A stretch of 64,000 nt of DNA from Minisyncoccia bacterium (GTDB lineage Bacteria; Patescibacteriota; Minisyncoccia; Phycocordibacterales; UBA918), in contig JBGSSW010000008.1 of the NCBI GenBank assembly GCA_041736805.1, positions 2,897 through 66,896 of the forward strand, written 5' to 3'. This document shows positions 37,030 to 47,368 of this stretch, in pieces. A model generated the notes under the pieces. That model did not search any database and was not told the DNA's origin. It saw nothing but the letters and a program-made list of their open reading frames with translations. Each line of letters opens with the position of its first letter. Position 1 is the first letter of the stretch. Both the position numbers and the translations under genes were made by a program.

Positions 37030-38739
37030 ATGTCACTCTATGAAGTAATGCCGATTTTACCGAAAGAGGCTTCGGCTGAATTAGAGGCCTACAATTCTTG
37101 GCTTCGTCCTTTACTATATAATCGAAATATAAAGTCAGCTGATGCAGCCAATGTATTTCTCAATCCTTCCTATGAAGAACATCTCCATAATCCTTTTTTA
37201 CTCCACGATATGGACAAAGCCGTCGAAAGAATATTACTAGCGATCTCTCAAAATAAACGGATTATTATTTTTAGTGATTATGATTGTGACGGTATCCCGG
37301 GAGCGGTAGTACTACATGATTTTTTTAAGGCGGCGGGTTTTGATAATTTTTTTAACTATATTCCTCATCGTCACTATGATGGTTTTGGACTCAGTGAAAA
37401 AGCGGTTTTGAAACTAAGCGACGAGGAACAGAAACCTGACCTTATAATTACTATTGACTGTGGCACTACAGATATTGAGGCTGTTACTCTAGCAAACAAA
37501 ATTGGTATTGATGTAATAATTACTGATCATCACGAGCCTAAGAAGAATTTACCTGCTGCTGTGGCGGTAGTTAATCCAAAAGTAGGAGGTACTTATCCCT
37601 TCACTGGACTTTGTGGAGCGGCCGTAATATTTAAACTTGTACAGGCTTTAATCAAAAAAGGTAATTTTAAAATTTCTCCTGGGCAAGAAAAGTGGTGGCT
37701 TGATATGGTAGGGATTGCAACTATCGCCGATATGGTGCCACTAACAGATGAAAATCGTGTGTTCGCTCACTTTGGACTTAAGGTGCTGCGAAAGTCGCGT
37801 CGGCCGGGTTTGCAGCAATTACTTCGCAAACAAAAAGCCAGTCAAATACATTTAACCGAAGATGATATAGGTTTTACTATCGGCCCACGTATCAATGCGG
37901 CCTCAAGAATGGACACTCCAGAAGATGCTTTTTTCATGTTAGCGACCCAAGATGAAGCTGAGGCAGGAGAGCGAGTTAACCATTTAGAAAAGTTAAATCT
38001 CGAACGAAAGAGCGCGGTAGCCTCGATGACTAGGGAACTGCACAAACGATTAGAACTTATGACTGATAAGCCGCCAATTATTGTGCTAGGTAATCCAGAT
38101 TGGCGTCCGTCACTAGTTGGGTTGGCGGCCAACAAATTAGCTGAAGAATATAATCGTCCAGTCTTTCTGTGGGGTCGTGATGGTAATGGAGTATTAAAAG
38201 GTTCTTGTCGTTCTGGTGGTGGGGTAAGTGTAGTGACAGTCATGAATGAGATCCCCGAAATTTTTACTGAATTTGGTGGACACCATATGTCTGGCGGTTT
38301 TTCAGTTAAGGAAGAAAAGATTCACATTATGCCTCTAGAAATCGTCAAAGCCTACGAAAAATTGGGAGCTAAGGCAAAAATTGTGGAACCGATGTTGGTA
38401 GATTTTGAAATTACTTTAGATGAAATATCTAACTTACTTTTGAGCGCTCAAAGACAATGCGGACCATTTGGTTGTGAAAATCGAAAGCCTTTGTACTTAA
38501 TAAAATCTGTTACTCCACTAAAAGTTGAAGTATTTGGTAAAACTAAAGAACACACCAAGTTACTTTTTGAAACCAAGGGACTTGCCAAAGAAGCAATTGC
38601 TTTTTTTAGGACCCCACAGCAATTCTCAACTTTACCAACTACAGAATCCCCGGTTTCACTTTTGGTCCATTTGGAGGAAAGTTTCTTTATGAACCGGTTG
38701 CAAACACGGCTGCGGATAGTAGAAATTTTGCAAATTTAA
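37030..38739 (+). CDS. recJ: single-stranded-DNA-specific exonuclease RecJ
   Basis: DHH motifs (DYDCDGI, ITDHHEP) and a DHHA1 GGGH region (FGGHHMSGG). Confidence 0.85.
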   Translation: MSLYEVMPILPKEASAELEAYNSWLRPLLYNRNIKSADAANVFLNPSYEEHLHNPFLLHDMDKAVERILLAISQNKRIIIFSDYDCDGIPGAVVLHDFFKAAGFDNFFNYIPHRHYDGFGLSEKAVLKLSDEEQKPDLIITIDCGTTDIEAVTLANKIGIDVIITDHHEPKKNLPAAVAVVNPKVGGTYPFTGLCGAAVIFKLVQALIKKGNFKISPGQEKWWLDMVGIATIADMVPLTDENRVFAHFGLKVLRKSRRPGLQQLLRKQKASQIHLTEDDIGFTIGPRINAASRMDTPEDAFFMLATQDEAEAGERVNHLEKLNLERKSAVASMTRELHKRLELMTDKPPIIVLGNPDWRPSLVGLAANKLAEEYNRPVFLWGRDGNGVLKGSCRSGGGVSVVTVMNEIPEIFTEFGGHHMSGGFSVKEEKIHIMPLEIVKAYEKLGAKAKIVEPMLVDFEITLDEISNLLLSAQRQCGPFGCENRKPLYLIKSVTPLKVEVFGKTKEHTKLLFETKGLAKEAIAFFRTPQQFSTLPTTESPVSLLVHLEESFFMNRLQTRLRIVEILQI

Positions 38740-38747
38740 AAACGCTC

Positions 38748-38785
38748 CAAATCCAGAGGATTTGGAGCGTTTTTAGCCAACTTTA
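38748..38785. terminator. rho-independent terminator
   Basis: aaaaacgctccaaatcc-agag-gatttggagcgttttta. Confidence 0.65.
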
Positions 38786-38791
38786 AACTCT

Positions 38792-39988
38792 TTACTCCTG
38801 CCTTTCGTGTTTTACTCCACAGACTTCACAGTAAGAACATCCACTTACTGTCATGGCGCCGCAAGACTTGCAGTACTGCTTTAGTTTATAGCCGCAGACA
38901 GGGCAATTATTCATCCCGTTGTGTATTTTCATTGAACAATTTGGACAGTGAGCGTTTTTAACTGCTCGCATCATGATAGCCTGCTTGTTGTAGAACTTTT
39001 TTTGAATTAGGTAAATTAGGAAGCCAAAGAAAAGTGGTACCAAGATAAAACCTAGCCAGTAAAGCAAAGCCCAGAGAATTTTTACTTGGGCCAAAAATGT
39101 AAATATCTGTTCAAGGATTTGTCTTGGTAAAATCTCATAAATAAACATCAGCATTATCTGAGCCAGAAGAATCCCGACTGTAGCTACTAGACCACCCCAG
39201 ATGATAGCAAACTCAGAACGTTTTAGTTTAGAAGAGTGATAGCGTCTCCAGACAAAAACAAATAACGGTAAAATTAATACTAGACTAATTAGGAATTGTA
39301 AAAATTTATTTACTATTAATTCATGTTCGTACTCATCTCTGGCTTTATCAATCGCTGATTGGTAGGGAATTAAGTTGTTGGTCAGTTTAGTAATTAATAA
39401 GTCACGGTTGTTTATGGTAGTACTTAGAATTGTTTGAAGTCGACGCAAGTACTCGTCCTGGGTAACAATTCCAGTCTGTAAATTTTCCTGTTGAAATACA
39501 GCTCCTTGAGTTTTGGCTATACTTTCAAGTAGAGACAACTGGTAGTCGGTTGCAATTTGATTTCGATTATACTGTGCCGAATTAACCTCACTTTCAAGTT
39601 GAGAAATATTCTCGTTAGCAGATTTTATTGAAACAAGGTTTACCTCTTCGTTCCTATACGCCTGATCTAAAGATAAGCGAATTTCTCTATCACTAAAAAC
39701 ACAAACTTGGTTTTGGTAGTAATATGAATCATAGCTATAGTCATAGCCATAAGTTTTATTACCTGCGTAGGTGGCCAGGGTTTCCATGCAGGTGGAATTT
39801 CTTTGTGGTTTGTTAATAGAATCTTGAAGTGCTTCCAGAAAGTTATTTCCTTGCCAAACTCCAAAAATAACCATTAAAATTAGAAAAAAGTAACCGAGTT
39901 TGGAAGTCCTCTTAGCATCAATTTCCTCATAGGGAGCAAAGGCTGGATTATTTTGTTCAGCCTTTTTCTTCCAAAAGAATATATCCAT
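38792..39988 (-). CDS. hypothetical polytopic membrane protein with C-terminal double zinc ribbon
   Basis: CPNCSMKIHNGMNNCPVCGYKL..CKSCGAMTVSGCSYCEVCG near the C-terminus, with multiple TM segments. Confidence 0.45.
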   Translation of the reverse strand: MDIFFWKKKAEQNNPAFAPYEEIDAKRTSKLGYFFLILMVIFGVWQGNNFLEALQDSINKPQRNSTCMETLATYAGNKTYGYDYSYDSYYYQNQVCVFSDREIRLSLDQAYRNEEVNLVSIKSANENISQLESEVNSAQYNRNQIATDYQLSLLESIAKTQGAVFQQENLQTGIVTQDEYLRRLQTILSTTINNRDLLITKLTNNLIPYQSAIDKARDEYEHELIVNKFLQFLISLVLILPLFVFVWRRYHSSKLKRSEFAIIWGGLVATVGILLAQIMLMFIYEILPRQILEQIFTFLAQVKILWALLYWLGFILVPLFFGFLIYLIQKKFYNKQAIMMRAVKNAHCPNCSMKIHNGMNNCPVCGYKLKQYCKSCGAMTVSGCSYCEVCGVKHERQE

Positions 39989-40120
39989 AAGTAAAGTCTT
40001 AATATTAACTATTCTTTAATTATACAAAAGATAAATTTGTAGAAATAGGATTTATGCAGTTCAATTAGGGCTAAATTTTTTATTAGGGACTTTATTTTTC
40101 TTAGTGTTATACTGGCTATT

Positions 40121-40540
40121 ATGGAAAAAATTATTGCTTATACCGATGGAGGGTCACGAGGCAACCCTGGGCCAGCTGCTGCTGGGGTTTATATTATTAA
40201 TGAAGCTGATACAGTAGTTAGAGAAGTTAAACAAACTCTAGGAAACGCTACCAATAATTTCGCCGAGTATTATGGCGTCATGCTGGCTCTCCAGACCTTA
40301 AAGCAGCTCTACGGCAGTAAGTCTAAGACAATGCAATTTGAACTTCGTCTTGATAGTGAACTGGTGAAGAAACAACTAAATAATGAATATCAAATCAAGG
40401 AACCAGGATTAGTACCGATGTTTATTGAAATTCACAATATGCGGGTGGCCAGCTTTCCTAATTTAATTTTGACTCACGTTCCGCGTGAACAAAATAAAGA
40501 AGCTGACAGACTAGTCAACGAAGCTCTTGACGGAAAGTAA
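40121..40540 (+). CDS. rnhA: ribonuclease HI
   Basis: IAYTDGGSRGNPGPAAAG, EYYGVMLAL, DRLVNEAL. Confidence 0.85.
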   Translation: MEKIIAYTDGGSRGNPGPAAAGVYIINEADTVVREVKQTLGNATNNFAEYYGVMLALQTLKQLYGSKSKTMQFELRLDSELVKKQLNNEYQIKEPGLVPMFIEIHNMRVASFPNLILTHVPREQNKEADRLVNEALDGK

Positions 40541-40592
40541 TCTTAAGTGAGAATTTTACAGCTGTTATAATTAATTTATAACCGTTGTTAAG

Positions 40593-42206
40593 ATGTCTAT
40601 TTTTTACTTTTATACGGCCACGATAAGTTTTTTTGCTGGCGTATTTATCGCTACGATATTTTCGCTTACCTTACCAGTAATAACCTGGTTAGTTTTTGTT
40701 GGGTTCATCTCAATAATATTATGGCGAAGATTTGAAGAAAAAAAATGGCTATTTCTGGGTTTGCTACTTATTTTTTTCTCGATTGGCGCCTTACGTCTTG
40801 AGGTAATTAATTGGAACTTCGGTAACTCAGTTTTGGAAGAAGAGGTTGGCAAAACAATCACTCTCAAGGGTTTTGTGGCTTCCGAACCAATTAATCGTGA
40901 AAGTACGACTCAGCTTGAAGTTCAAACAGAAAAAGATTTACTTTTAGTCTCAATAGATAAGTACACTGATATTAATTATGGAGACGAGGTAGAAGTGAGA
41001 GGTAAGTTAGCTAGGCCAGAAAGTTTTGAGACTGACTTGGGTCGGACTTTTAATTATCCTGGATATTTAAAAGCCAAAGGCATTGAGTACAAAGTCTCTT
41101 TTGCGGCCATTGAAGTCTTAGAGCGTGGCTCGGGTAACGCGGTCATTTCCACCTTACTAAACTTCAAACATGCGTTCATGCAAAAAATCGAAGCTAGTAT
41201 TTCTGAACCTGCCGCAGGTTTGGGAGAGGGACTCTTGCTCGGAGTCAAACAGGCTTTAGGTGAAGATCTGGAGGCGGCCTTTAGAAAAACTGGCATTATT
41301 CATATCGTGGTACTTTCAGGTTACAACATCATGCTGGTCGTGATTTTTGTGATGTATATTTTGGGTTATTTTCTTGGTCCCAAACTCAAAATGTTTTTTG
41401 GCATTGTAGCCATTACTAGCTTTGCCCTATTAGTTGGTTTATCGGCGACCGTGGTGCGAGCCAGTATTATGGCAGCTTTGCTATTGGTCACTCAGGTATC
41501 CAAACGTAACTACATTGCTTTGCGGGGCTTAATGCTGGCTGGATTAGGGATGCTGCTAATTAATCCTCTGTTGCTAGTTTACGACGTCGGCTTTCAGCTT
41601 TCTTTCATTGCTACTCTAGGTTTGATTTTAATTTCTCCCCATTTAGAAACTCTGTTCTACAAGATCCCGAACTTTCTAAATACTAGGTCGTTTATTGTCG
41701 CCACCATATCGACACAGTTGGCCGTACTGCCAATTTTGCTATATCAAATTGGAGAGTTTTCACTGGTGGCGGTGATTGTGAATGTTCTAGTGTTACCTAT
41801 GGTTCCAGTAGCAATGTTGCTGACTTTTATAACTGGGCTAACTGGATTTATTTCAGCTGAATTAGCAACATTTTTTGCCCTTCCGACGTATTTATCTTTA
41901 ACCTACATCACTGAAGTAGCTTGGTGGTTTTCGCAGTTATCATTTGCTTCATATATCGTCCCCGCTTTTTCGTTTAGCGTGGTAGTAGTGAGTTATCTTT
42001 TACTCGGAGTAGTGCTGTGGCAGCTATCGCTACGGGAAGCTAGGAATAAATTAGTCAGTGTCAGGGCCACAAAAACAATCAATGATATTTCAGAGTGGGT
42101 TATTGAAGAGGAGTTTGATGATGAGTTAGGTGTTCCGCGAAAAAAGGTTGGGGCAGAATCACGAAGTGATTCTGCCCCAACCGACACCCCAATTTTCTTT
42201 CGTTAA
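40593..42206 (+). CDS. comEC: ComEC/Rec2 competence membrane channel protein (DUF4131 plus competence domain, lacking the metallo-beta-lactamase domain)
   Basis: N-terminal OB/DUF4131 region, the polytopic Competence domain, and GIIHIVVLSGYNIM. Confidence 0.75.
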   Translation: MSIFYFYTATISFFAGVFIATIFSLTLPVITWLVFVGFISIILWRRFEEKKWLFLGLLLIFFSIGALRLEVINWNFGNSVLEEEVGKTITLKGFVASEPINRESTTQLEVQTEKDLLLVSIDKYTDINYGDEVEVRGKLARPESFETDLGRTFNYPGYLKAKGIEYKVSFAAIEVLERGSGNAVISTLLNFKHAFMQKIEASISEPAAGLGEGLLLGVKQALGEDLEAAFRKTGIIHIVVLSGYNIMLVVIFVMYILGYFLGPKLKMFFGIVAITSFALLVGLSATVVRASIMAALLLVTQVSKRNYIALRGLMLAGLGMLLINPLLLVYDVGFQLSFIATLGLILISPHLETLFYKIPNFLNTRSFIVATISTQLAVLPILLYQIGEFSLVAVIVNVLVLPMVPVAMLLTFITGLTGFISAELATFFALPTYLSLTYITEVAWWFSQLSFASYIVPAFSFSVVVVSYLLLGVVLWQLSLREARNKLVSVRATKTINDISEWVIEEEFDDELGVPRKKVGAESRSDSAPTDTPIFFR

Positions 42207-42781
42207 GCGACGCGCCCGGCTACTACTTCCCAGTTCAAATTCTTGAAAAAGGCTTCCACATAAGCACCCTTTTTGCTAGCGGGGTAGTCGCGCATATATG
42301 AGTGTTCCCACATATCAAGAGCCAGGACGATATCAAGGTCGGCTAATTGTCCGAGCTGTTGCTCATCTACCCAAGTTTCGACTAGTTGATTGGTTTGTCG
42401 ATCGATGTAGAGCATGGCCCAGCCTACACCACGAGTCATGGCGATTTTATGGAAGCGAGTTGACCAATTATCGACACTACCCCACTGAGTAGTCATCATT
42501 TCTTTGAGCTTTCCTTCTGGCAGCGCCTTCGCTCCACCTTCAAATTGCGTGAAATAGTATTCATGATTACGCATCCCACCAAATTCAAACCCAAATCGTC
42601 GTTGCATCTCGGAGATGGCGTAGCTGTTGTTGTCTGGGTCGCTACTGTAGGCGTCGATTTTCTCTCGAATCAAATTAGCGTGCTTAACATAGCCGTTATA
42701 TAGACCAATATGTTCTTCGATTGTCTCTCTGCTAATCCCCTCCAGTTCCGGAACATCAAAAGTTTTGGCAGTGTAGTGCAT
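42203..42781 (-). CDS. sodA: Fe/Mn superoxide dismutase
   Basis: DMWEHSYM (D-x-WEH-x-YY), N-terminal H..H ligands. Confidence 0.9.
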   Translation of the reverse strand: MHYTAKTFDVPELEGISRETIEEHIGLYNGYVKHANLIREKIDAYSSDPDNNSYAISEMQRRFGFEFGGMRNHEYYFTQFEGGAKALPEGKLKEMMTTQWGSVDNWSTRFHKIAMTRGVGWAMLYIDRQTNQLVETWVDEQQLGQLADLDIVLALDMWEHSYMRDYPASKKGAYVEAFFKNLNWEVVAGRVA

Positions 42782-42874
42782 AGAAATATTTTTTACTTTT
42801 TAACTGCTATTAGTATAACAGAACTGTTTCAATCTGGTAAAAAGTTATATTTCAAAATATAGTAGAATTAAGAG

Positions 42875-43492
42875 ATGAAAAATAATTCTTGGTTCCCAAA
42901 GGTTTTGCTCGTAGCTTACGGTGTGGTTTTTGCATTTTTAGCTATTAATCCCTTCAGTCGAGAGGTTTGGTTTGCTGAAAATTTGCCCATTGTTTTGATT
43001 GTCCTCTATTTAATATTTTTGCATTGGCGAGGAATTCAGTTTTCTAATACTGCTTATGCCCTGATGTCGGTCTTGATTTTTATGCATACAATTGGTGGAC
43101 ACTACACTTTCGAACGAGTGCCTTTTGATTGGTTTAATAATTTCTTTGGCTTTGAGCGAAACATGTATGACCGAGTAGCTCACTTCACAGTTGGATTTTA
43201 TGCTTACCCATTGGCAGAATATTTAAACGCTCGTAAATTAGCTAATACCAAATGGTTGGTTTATCTAACTCCATTTTTCTTTATCATTTCAGTGGCCGCT
43301 ATTTATGAAATGATTGAGTGGTGGTTTGCGGCTACTTACGGGGGTGAAGCCGGAGCGGCTTTCCTTGGTTCACAAGGTGATATTTGGGATGCCCAGAAAG
43401 ATATGTTGATGGATACGTTGGGTGGAGTAACAGCTTTGTGCTTGTTCTATTTGCAAATCATTTGCAAAAAATTTTATTCGCGAGATAAGTAG
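42875..43492 (+). CDS. hypothetical polytopic membrane protein (YjdF/DUF2238-like, tentative)
   Basis: 205 aa with 5-6 TM segments. Confidence 0.35.
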   Translation: MKNNSWFPKVLLVAYGVVFAFLAINPFSREVWFAENLPIVLIVLYLIFLHWRGIQFSNTAYALMSVLIFMHTIGGHYTFERVPFDWFNNFFGFERNMYDRVAHFTVGFYAYPLAEYLNARKLANTKWLVYLTPFFFIISVAAIYEMIEWWFAATYGGEAGAAFLGSQGDIWDAQKDMLMDTLGGVTALCLFYLQIICKKFYSRDK

Positions 43493-43497
43493 CTACT

Positions 43498-44385
43498 GTG
43501 CAAGAGAAGCAGATACTAATAAGAATTTGTGTTTTAGGTTTCGTCTTGGTCTTAACGGTTTTTAGTGTCGGCTCTGATTCTCTTTTTGATAAACAACTAG
43601 CTTCTCTAGGGCAAGCAAAAGAGTCACCGTATCTTAAGGTAGCTTTTTTGGATGTTGGGCAAGGTGATTCAATATTTATTACTACTCCCGACGGTAAGCA
43701 GATGCTGATTGATGGCGGACCAGATAACGGAGTACTTAGAGAGTTGGCTAAACAAATGTCAGTTTTTGATCGGACTATTGATGTAGTGTTGGCTACCCAT
43801 CCTGACAAAGATCATATCGGTGGTTTGGTTGATGTTTTGCAACGATATGAGGTTGAGAATATTGTGAGAACAAATAATAAAAATGAGACCGCAGTGTCTG
43901 AAGCTTTTGATAGGGAGGTTGAGTTTGAAGGGGTAGAAGTACAGATAGCTGAAGCCGGACAGGTCTTTCAGCTTGGTGCTTCGACCACAATTACCGTTCT
44001 TTCACCACACGGTAATCCCGAGAGTTGGGAAAGTAACAGCTCTTCAATTGTAGTTCAAGTTCAATATGGAGAGGTTGGTTTTATGTTGACTGGTGACGCT
44101 ACGGAAAATATTGAAGAGTATTTAGCCAAATCATACAGCCAGTTACTGGAGAGTGAAGTCTTGAAACTCGGTCATCATGGTTCTCGCACTTCTAGTGCTG
44201 ATTTATTCTTGGATACGGTAAAGCCGGAGTACGCTGTTGTTTCGGCTGGCTCGGATAATTCATACGGGCACCCCCATCCTGAAGTGATTGATAAAGTTAA
44301 TTTAAGAAAAATAAAAACCCTAAGTACAGCAGAGGAGGGAACAATTGTATTTTTGAGTGACGGAAAAAAAGTGAGGAGAGAGTAG
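43498..44385 (+). CDS. ComEC-associated metallo-beta-lactamase domain protein (secreted/membrane-anchored)
   Basis: VLATHPDKDHIGG and LKLGHHGS are MBL His motifs as in the ComEC C-terminal domain. N-terminal signal anchor. Confidence 0.7.
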   Translation: MQEKQILIRICVLGFVLVLTVFSVGSDSLFDKQLASLGQAKESPYLKVAFLDVGQGDSIFITTPDGKQMLIDGGPDNGVLRELAKQMSVFDRTIDVVLATHPDKDHIGGLVDVLQRYEVENIVRTNNKNETAVSEAFDREVEFEGVEVQIAEAGQVFQLGASTTITVLSPHGNPESWESNSSSIVVQVQYGEVGFMLTGDATENIEEYLAKSYSQLLESEVLKLGHHGSRTSSADLFLDTVKPEYAVVSAGSDNSYGHPHPEVIDKVNLRKIKTLSTAEEGTIVFLSDGKKVRRE

Positions 44386-44390
44386 AAAAC

Positions 44391-44423
44391 AAAAGAGCCG
44401 GCCCCGCAGGGGCCGGCTCTTTT
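44391..44423. terminator. bidirectional rho-independent terminator
   Basis: aaaagagccggcccc-gca-ggggccggctctttt. Confidence 0.7.
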
Positions 44424-44440
44424 GTTTTGTGTTCTTGGTA

Positions 44441-44683
44441 TTAGACCAACTTAGCTGCTCGTAGAGTTTTGAAAGCTCCATTCTTGGCGATAGTGCGAAG
44501 TCCTTTGGTTGAAACTTTAACCGTGACAGACTTTCCTAGCTCAGCAACATAGATACGCTTTTTTTGCAGATTTGGAGAACGTTTAGTATTTCCAGACGGG
44601 TTAAATTGAGTCGCTCGAGTACGATTACTATATTTACCTCCCATTTGTGGCTTCTTGCCAGTAATATCACATTTATTTGCCAT
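44441..44683 (-). CDS. rpmB: 50S ribosomal protein L28
   Basis: MANKCDITGKKPQMGGKYSNRTRATQ...VSTKGLRTI resembles L28. Confidence 0.8.
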   Translation of the reverse strand: MANKCDITGKKPQMGGKYSNRTRATQFNPSGNTKRSPNLQKKRIYVAELGKSVTVKVSTKGLRTIAKNGAFKTLRAAKLV

Positions 44684-44758
44684 AACGTTATTTTAAGTCC
44701 CGCTATACTAGCACGAGTACTTGATATTGCAAGCTTTCATAAGTAGTATGGAGTTCAT

Positions 44759-45394
44759 ATGGATCCAATGCAAATCGCCATGATTATCGCTTTAGTGCTT
44801 TCTGTCGTATTACACGAGATGGCTCATGGCTACGCTGCTAATTGGCTGGGTGACCCAACTGCTCGTTTGCAAGGTCGTCTGTCAGCCAATCCTTTAGTTC
44901 ACATTGACCCACTGATGTCGGTGATTTTACCAGGCCTACTTATTTTGACCGGCTCACCATTTCTTTTTGGAGCGGCCAAGCCAGTGCCATATAATCCGTA
45001 TAATTTCACTAATCAAAAGTGGGGAGAAGCGATTGTGGCCGCTGCCGGTCCAGCAGCGAATGTCTTCATTGCTTTGGTCTTTGCGGCGTTAATACACTTT
45101 GCTGACTTACTACAATTAACAGAAACTTTTTTGGTTTTAGCTCTGCAAATCATTGTCCTTAATATTTTCTTAGCTTTATTTAATTTAGTCCCGATTCCAC
45201 CACTGGATGGCTCAAAAATATTGCCTAAATTACTCCCTTATTCTTTGGCTTTTAAATATGAAGGTTTTCGGGCCGTTTTGGAAAGAAACATCGCTCTTTC
45301 TTTCGCTATAGTGATTATTGCCTTCATGCTTTTCCTGGGGCCACCACTATACGACCTTACTCGGACCATAACGATGTTTCTAATTGGTGGTTAG
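44759..45394 (+). CDS. peptidase M50 family membrane metalloprotease (site-2 protease-like)
   Basis: HEMAHGYAA (HExxH) in a TM helix, and LNIFLALFNLVPIPPLDGSKIL (LDG motif). Confidence 0.75.
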   Translation: MDPMQIAMIIALVLSVVLHEMAHGYAANWLGDPTARLQGRLSANPLVHIDPLMSVILPGLLILTGSPFLFGAAKPVPYNPYNFTNQKWGEAIVAAAGPAANVFIALVFAALIHFADLLQLTETFLVLALQIIVLNIFLALFNLVPIPPLDGSKILPKLLPYSLAFKYEGFRAVLERNIALSFAIVIIAFMLFLGPPLYDLTRTITMFLIGG

Positions 45395-45447
45395 CTGAAG
45401 TGAAGTAGTTGCAAAAAAAGCTACATATAGTATTGTAGGCAAGCTTT

Positions 45448-45858
45448 ATGGCAACAATACAACAATTAACAAGAAAGAAGCGAGTCGACCCAGTACGAAA
45501 GAGTAAGACTGGTGCGTTGCATTCTGGATTTAACAAAATCGAGAATCATCCAAACTACTATAACTCTCCGTTCAAACGTGGCGTATGTACTCGAGTGACT
45601 ACCAAAACCCCTCGTAAGCCGAACTCAGCGATTCGAAAGATTGCTCGGGTCCGACTTAGTAATGGGCAAGAAATTACAGCTTACATTCCTGGTATCAAGC
45701 ACAGCTTGCAGGAACACTCTGTAGTACTTGTACGTGGTGGTCGCGTGAAGGACATCGGTGTACAGTACACCATTGTTCGAGGAAAATACGACGCGACTGG
45801 TGTGGCCGAAAGAAGAATGGGTAGATCACGCTACGGCGCGAAGAAACCTAAGGCTTAG
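45448..45858 (+). CDS. rpsL: 30S ribosomal protein S12
   Basis: [11 protein letters not shown]...[23 protein letters not shown]. Confidence 0.95.
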   Translation: MATIQQLTRKKRVDPVRKSKTGALHSGFNKIENHPNYYNSPFKRGVCTRVTTKTPRKPNSAIRKIARVRLSNGQEITAYIPGIKHSLQEHSVVLVRGGRVKDIGVQYTIVRGKYDATGVAERRMGRSRYGAKKPKA

Positions 45859-45886
45859 TTAGCAAATATACCCCACCTGCTTTGTC

Positions 45887-45946
45887 GCTTTTGTTAAATT
45901 CTTCTGAGGCGTACACAGTGTACGTTGAAGAAAAATTTAACAAAGC
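45887..45946 (+). promoter_or_regulatory. structured rpsL-rpsG intercistronic element (nested inverted repeats)
   Basis: Outer IR gcttttgttaaatt / aatttaacaaagc at 45887-45900 and 45934-45946. Inner palindrome cgtacacagtgtacg at 45910-45924. Confidence 0.35.
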
Positions 45947-46144
45947 TCCTCGCATCTGAGGCATCTTGCTCACTAAGTTTAGAAAAATAGACCACATTAC
46001 CAATAGTTTATATTCGCTACAGATAATATGACGCGATTCAAGGGGAAACTCTTCGGAATCAAATTATGCGAAGAATGAGATTGTTACATACTCCTCATTC
46101 TTAATGTCGTAGCAAGACGTTTAAGAACCAATTAATTAAAAAAT

Positions 46145-46615
46145 ATGCGACGACCAATCAAGAAGCGTCCAGTCGTTAATCCTGACGTGGTATACAAGTC
46201 AGTTGACGTTGAACGCCTCATCAACTACATCATGCTTCGTGGTCAAAAAGAGACCGCTCGCAAGATTGTCTACGCTGCTTTTGAAGAAATCAAAAACGAC
46301 AAAGACGCAGCAGACCCACTAGAAGTATTTAATACCGCTGTTCGAAACGCTGGTCCAATGATGGAAGTTCGCTCTCGCCGAGTCGGTGGAGCCAACTATC
46401 AGGTGCCTCGTGAAGTTCGTCCAGAACGCCGGATGGCTTTGGCCCTACGTTGGATTATCAACGGAGCTCGTGGACAAAAAGGTGTCCCAATGCACAAAGC
46501 TCTAGCTCAAGAACTCAAGCTAGCCGCTAAGGAAGAAGGAAATGCTGTCAAGAAGAAGGAAGATACTCACAAGATGGCAGAAGCGAACCGAGCTTTCGCT
46601 CACTTCGCTTGGTAA
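46145..46615 (+). CDS. rpsG: 30S ribosomal protein S7
   Basis: MRRPIKKRPV..DVVYKS...GANYQVPREVRPERRMALALRWII. Confidence 0.95.
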   Translation: MRRPIKKRPVVNPDVVYKSVDVERLINYIMLRGQKETARKIVYAAFEEIKNDKDAADPLEVFNTAVRNAGPMMEVRSRRVGGANYQVPREVRPERRMALALRWIINGARGQKGVPMHKALAQELKLAAKEEGNAVKKKEDTHKMAEANRAFAHFAW

Positions 46616-46745
46616 AATGAGCAAACGAGCGTAGCGACTATTGCGAATTTTCGCCAGTAATTTTTCATTCCTAGAAAAATTATCGGCGCATTACCACCTG
46701 CTCTCAAATAAAAGTCGCTAGATAATTAAGTTTGTCACACTACGT

Positions 46746-46787
46746 AAAAAGCCGCTTGTCGTACTCGAGTACGCCTAGCGGCTTTTT
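46746..46787. terminator. rho-independent terminator downstream of rpsG
   Basis: aaaaagccgcttgtcgtactcgagtacgcctagcggcttttt. Confidence 0.6.
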
Positions 46788-47065
46788 CGTTCCACGACTC
46801 GTACTTGACCTATTTTTTAAGGAGCGGAGCGACTATAAAAATGGAAATACTCCTGTGGTGCTGTCCTCGAGAATCTGATCTAAAGTAAACAGTTTTTCAC
46901 CGTACCCATCAGTACAACTCACAGAATTATGCAGACATTTCAATACATGAGCAAAATTGTCAGCCTACTGTAGCTATTTTAGAAATAATCACAACGTACA
47001 AAGGTTGAGCGTGATATAATAAATATTATTTTGGTAAGCAGCCACACATTTTTAATTTATAAAGT

Positions 47066-47335
47066 ATGGAAAAAATAAATGAACAAGAAAATTCAAAGCC
47101 AGAATTAACAAGTGTTGCCTTGGCGGTTGAAGAATTATTTTCTGGACAACCAAATGAAGCAGAAGCAATTATAGGGGAAATTGAAACTCTCAAAGAAATA
47201 CTTTCTCCATTTCACGGCCAAGAAATTGATGGAAAAACATTTAATTATATCGAAGAAATAGCTGGAAAAATTAAATTGTTGGAATTAAAGTTAACCGTTG
47301 TTGATACCCTAAAACGCCATCCATCTTTTAAATAA
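47066..47335 (+). CDS. hypothetical acidic small protein
   Basis: 89 aa. An extended -10 tgatataat lies at about 47012-47020. Confidence 0.35.
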   Translation: MEKINEQENSKPELTSVALAVEELFSGQPNEAEAIIGEIETLKEILSPFHGQEIDGKTFNYIEEIAGKIKLLELKLTVVDTLKRHPSFK

Positions 47336-47368
47336 AATTTTAATAACCCGTTCTTTTGTTCTTTAAAT

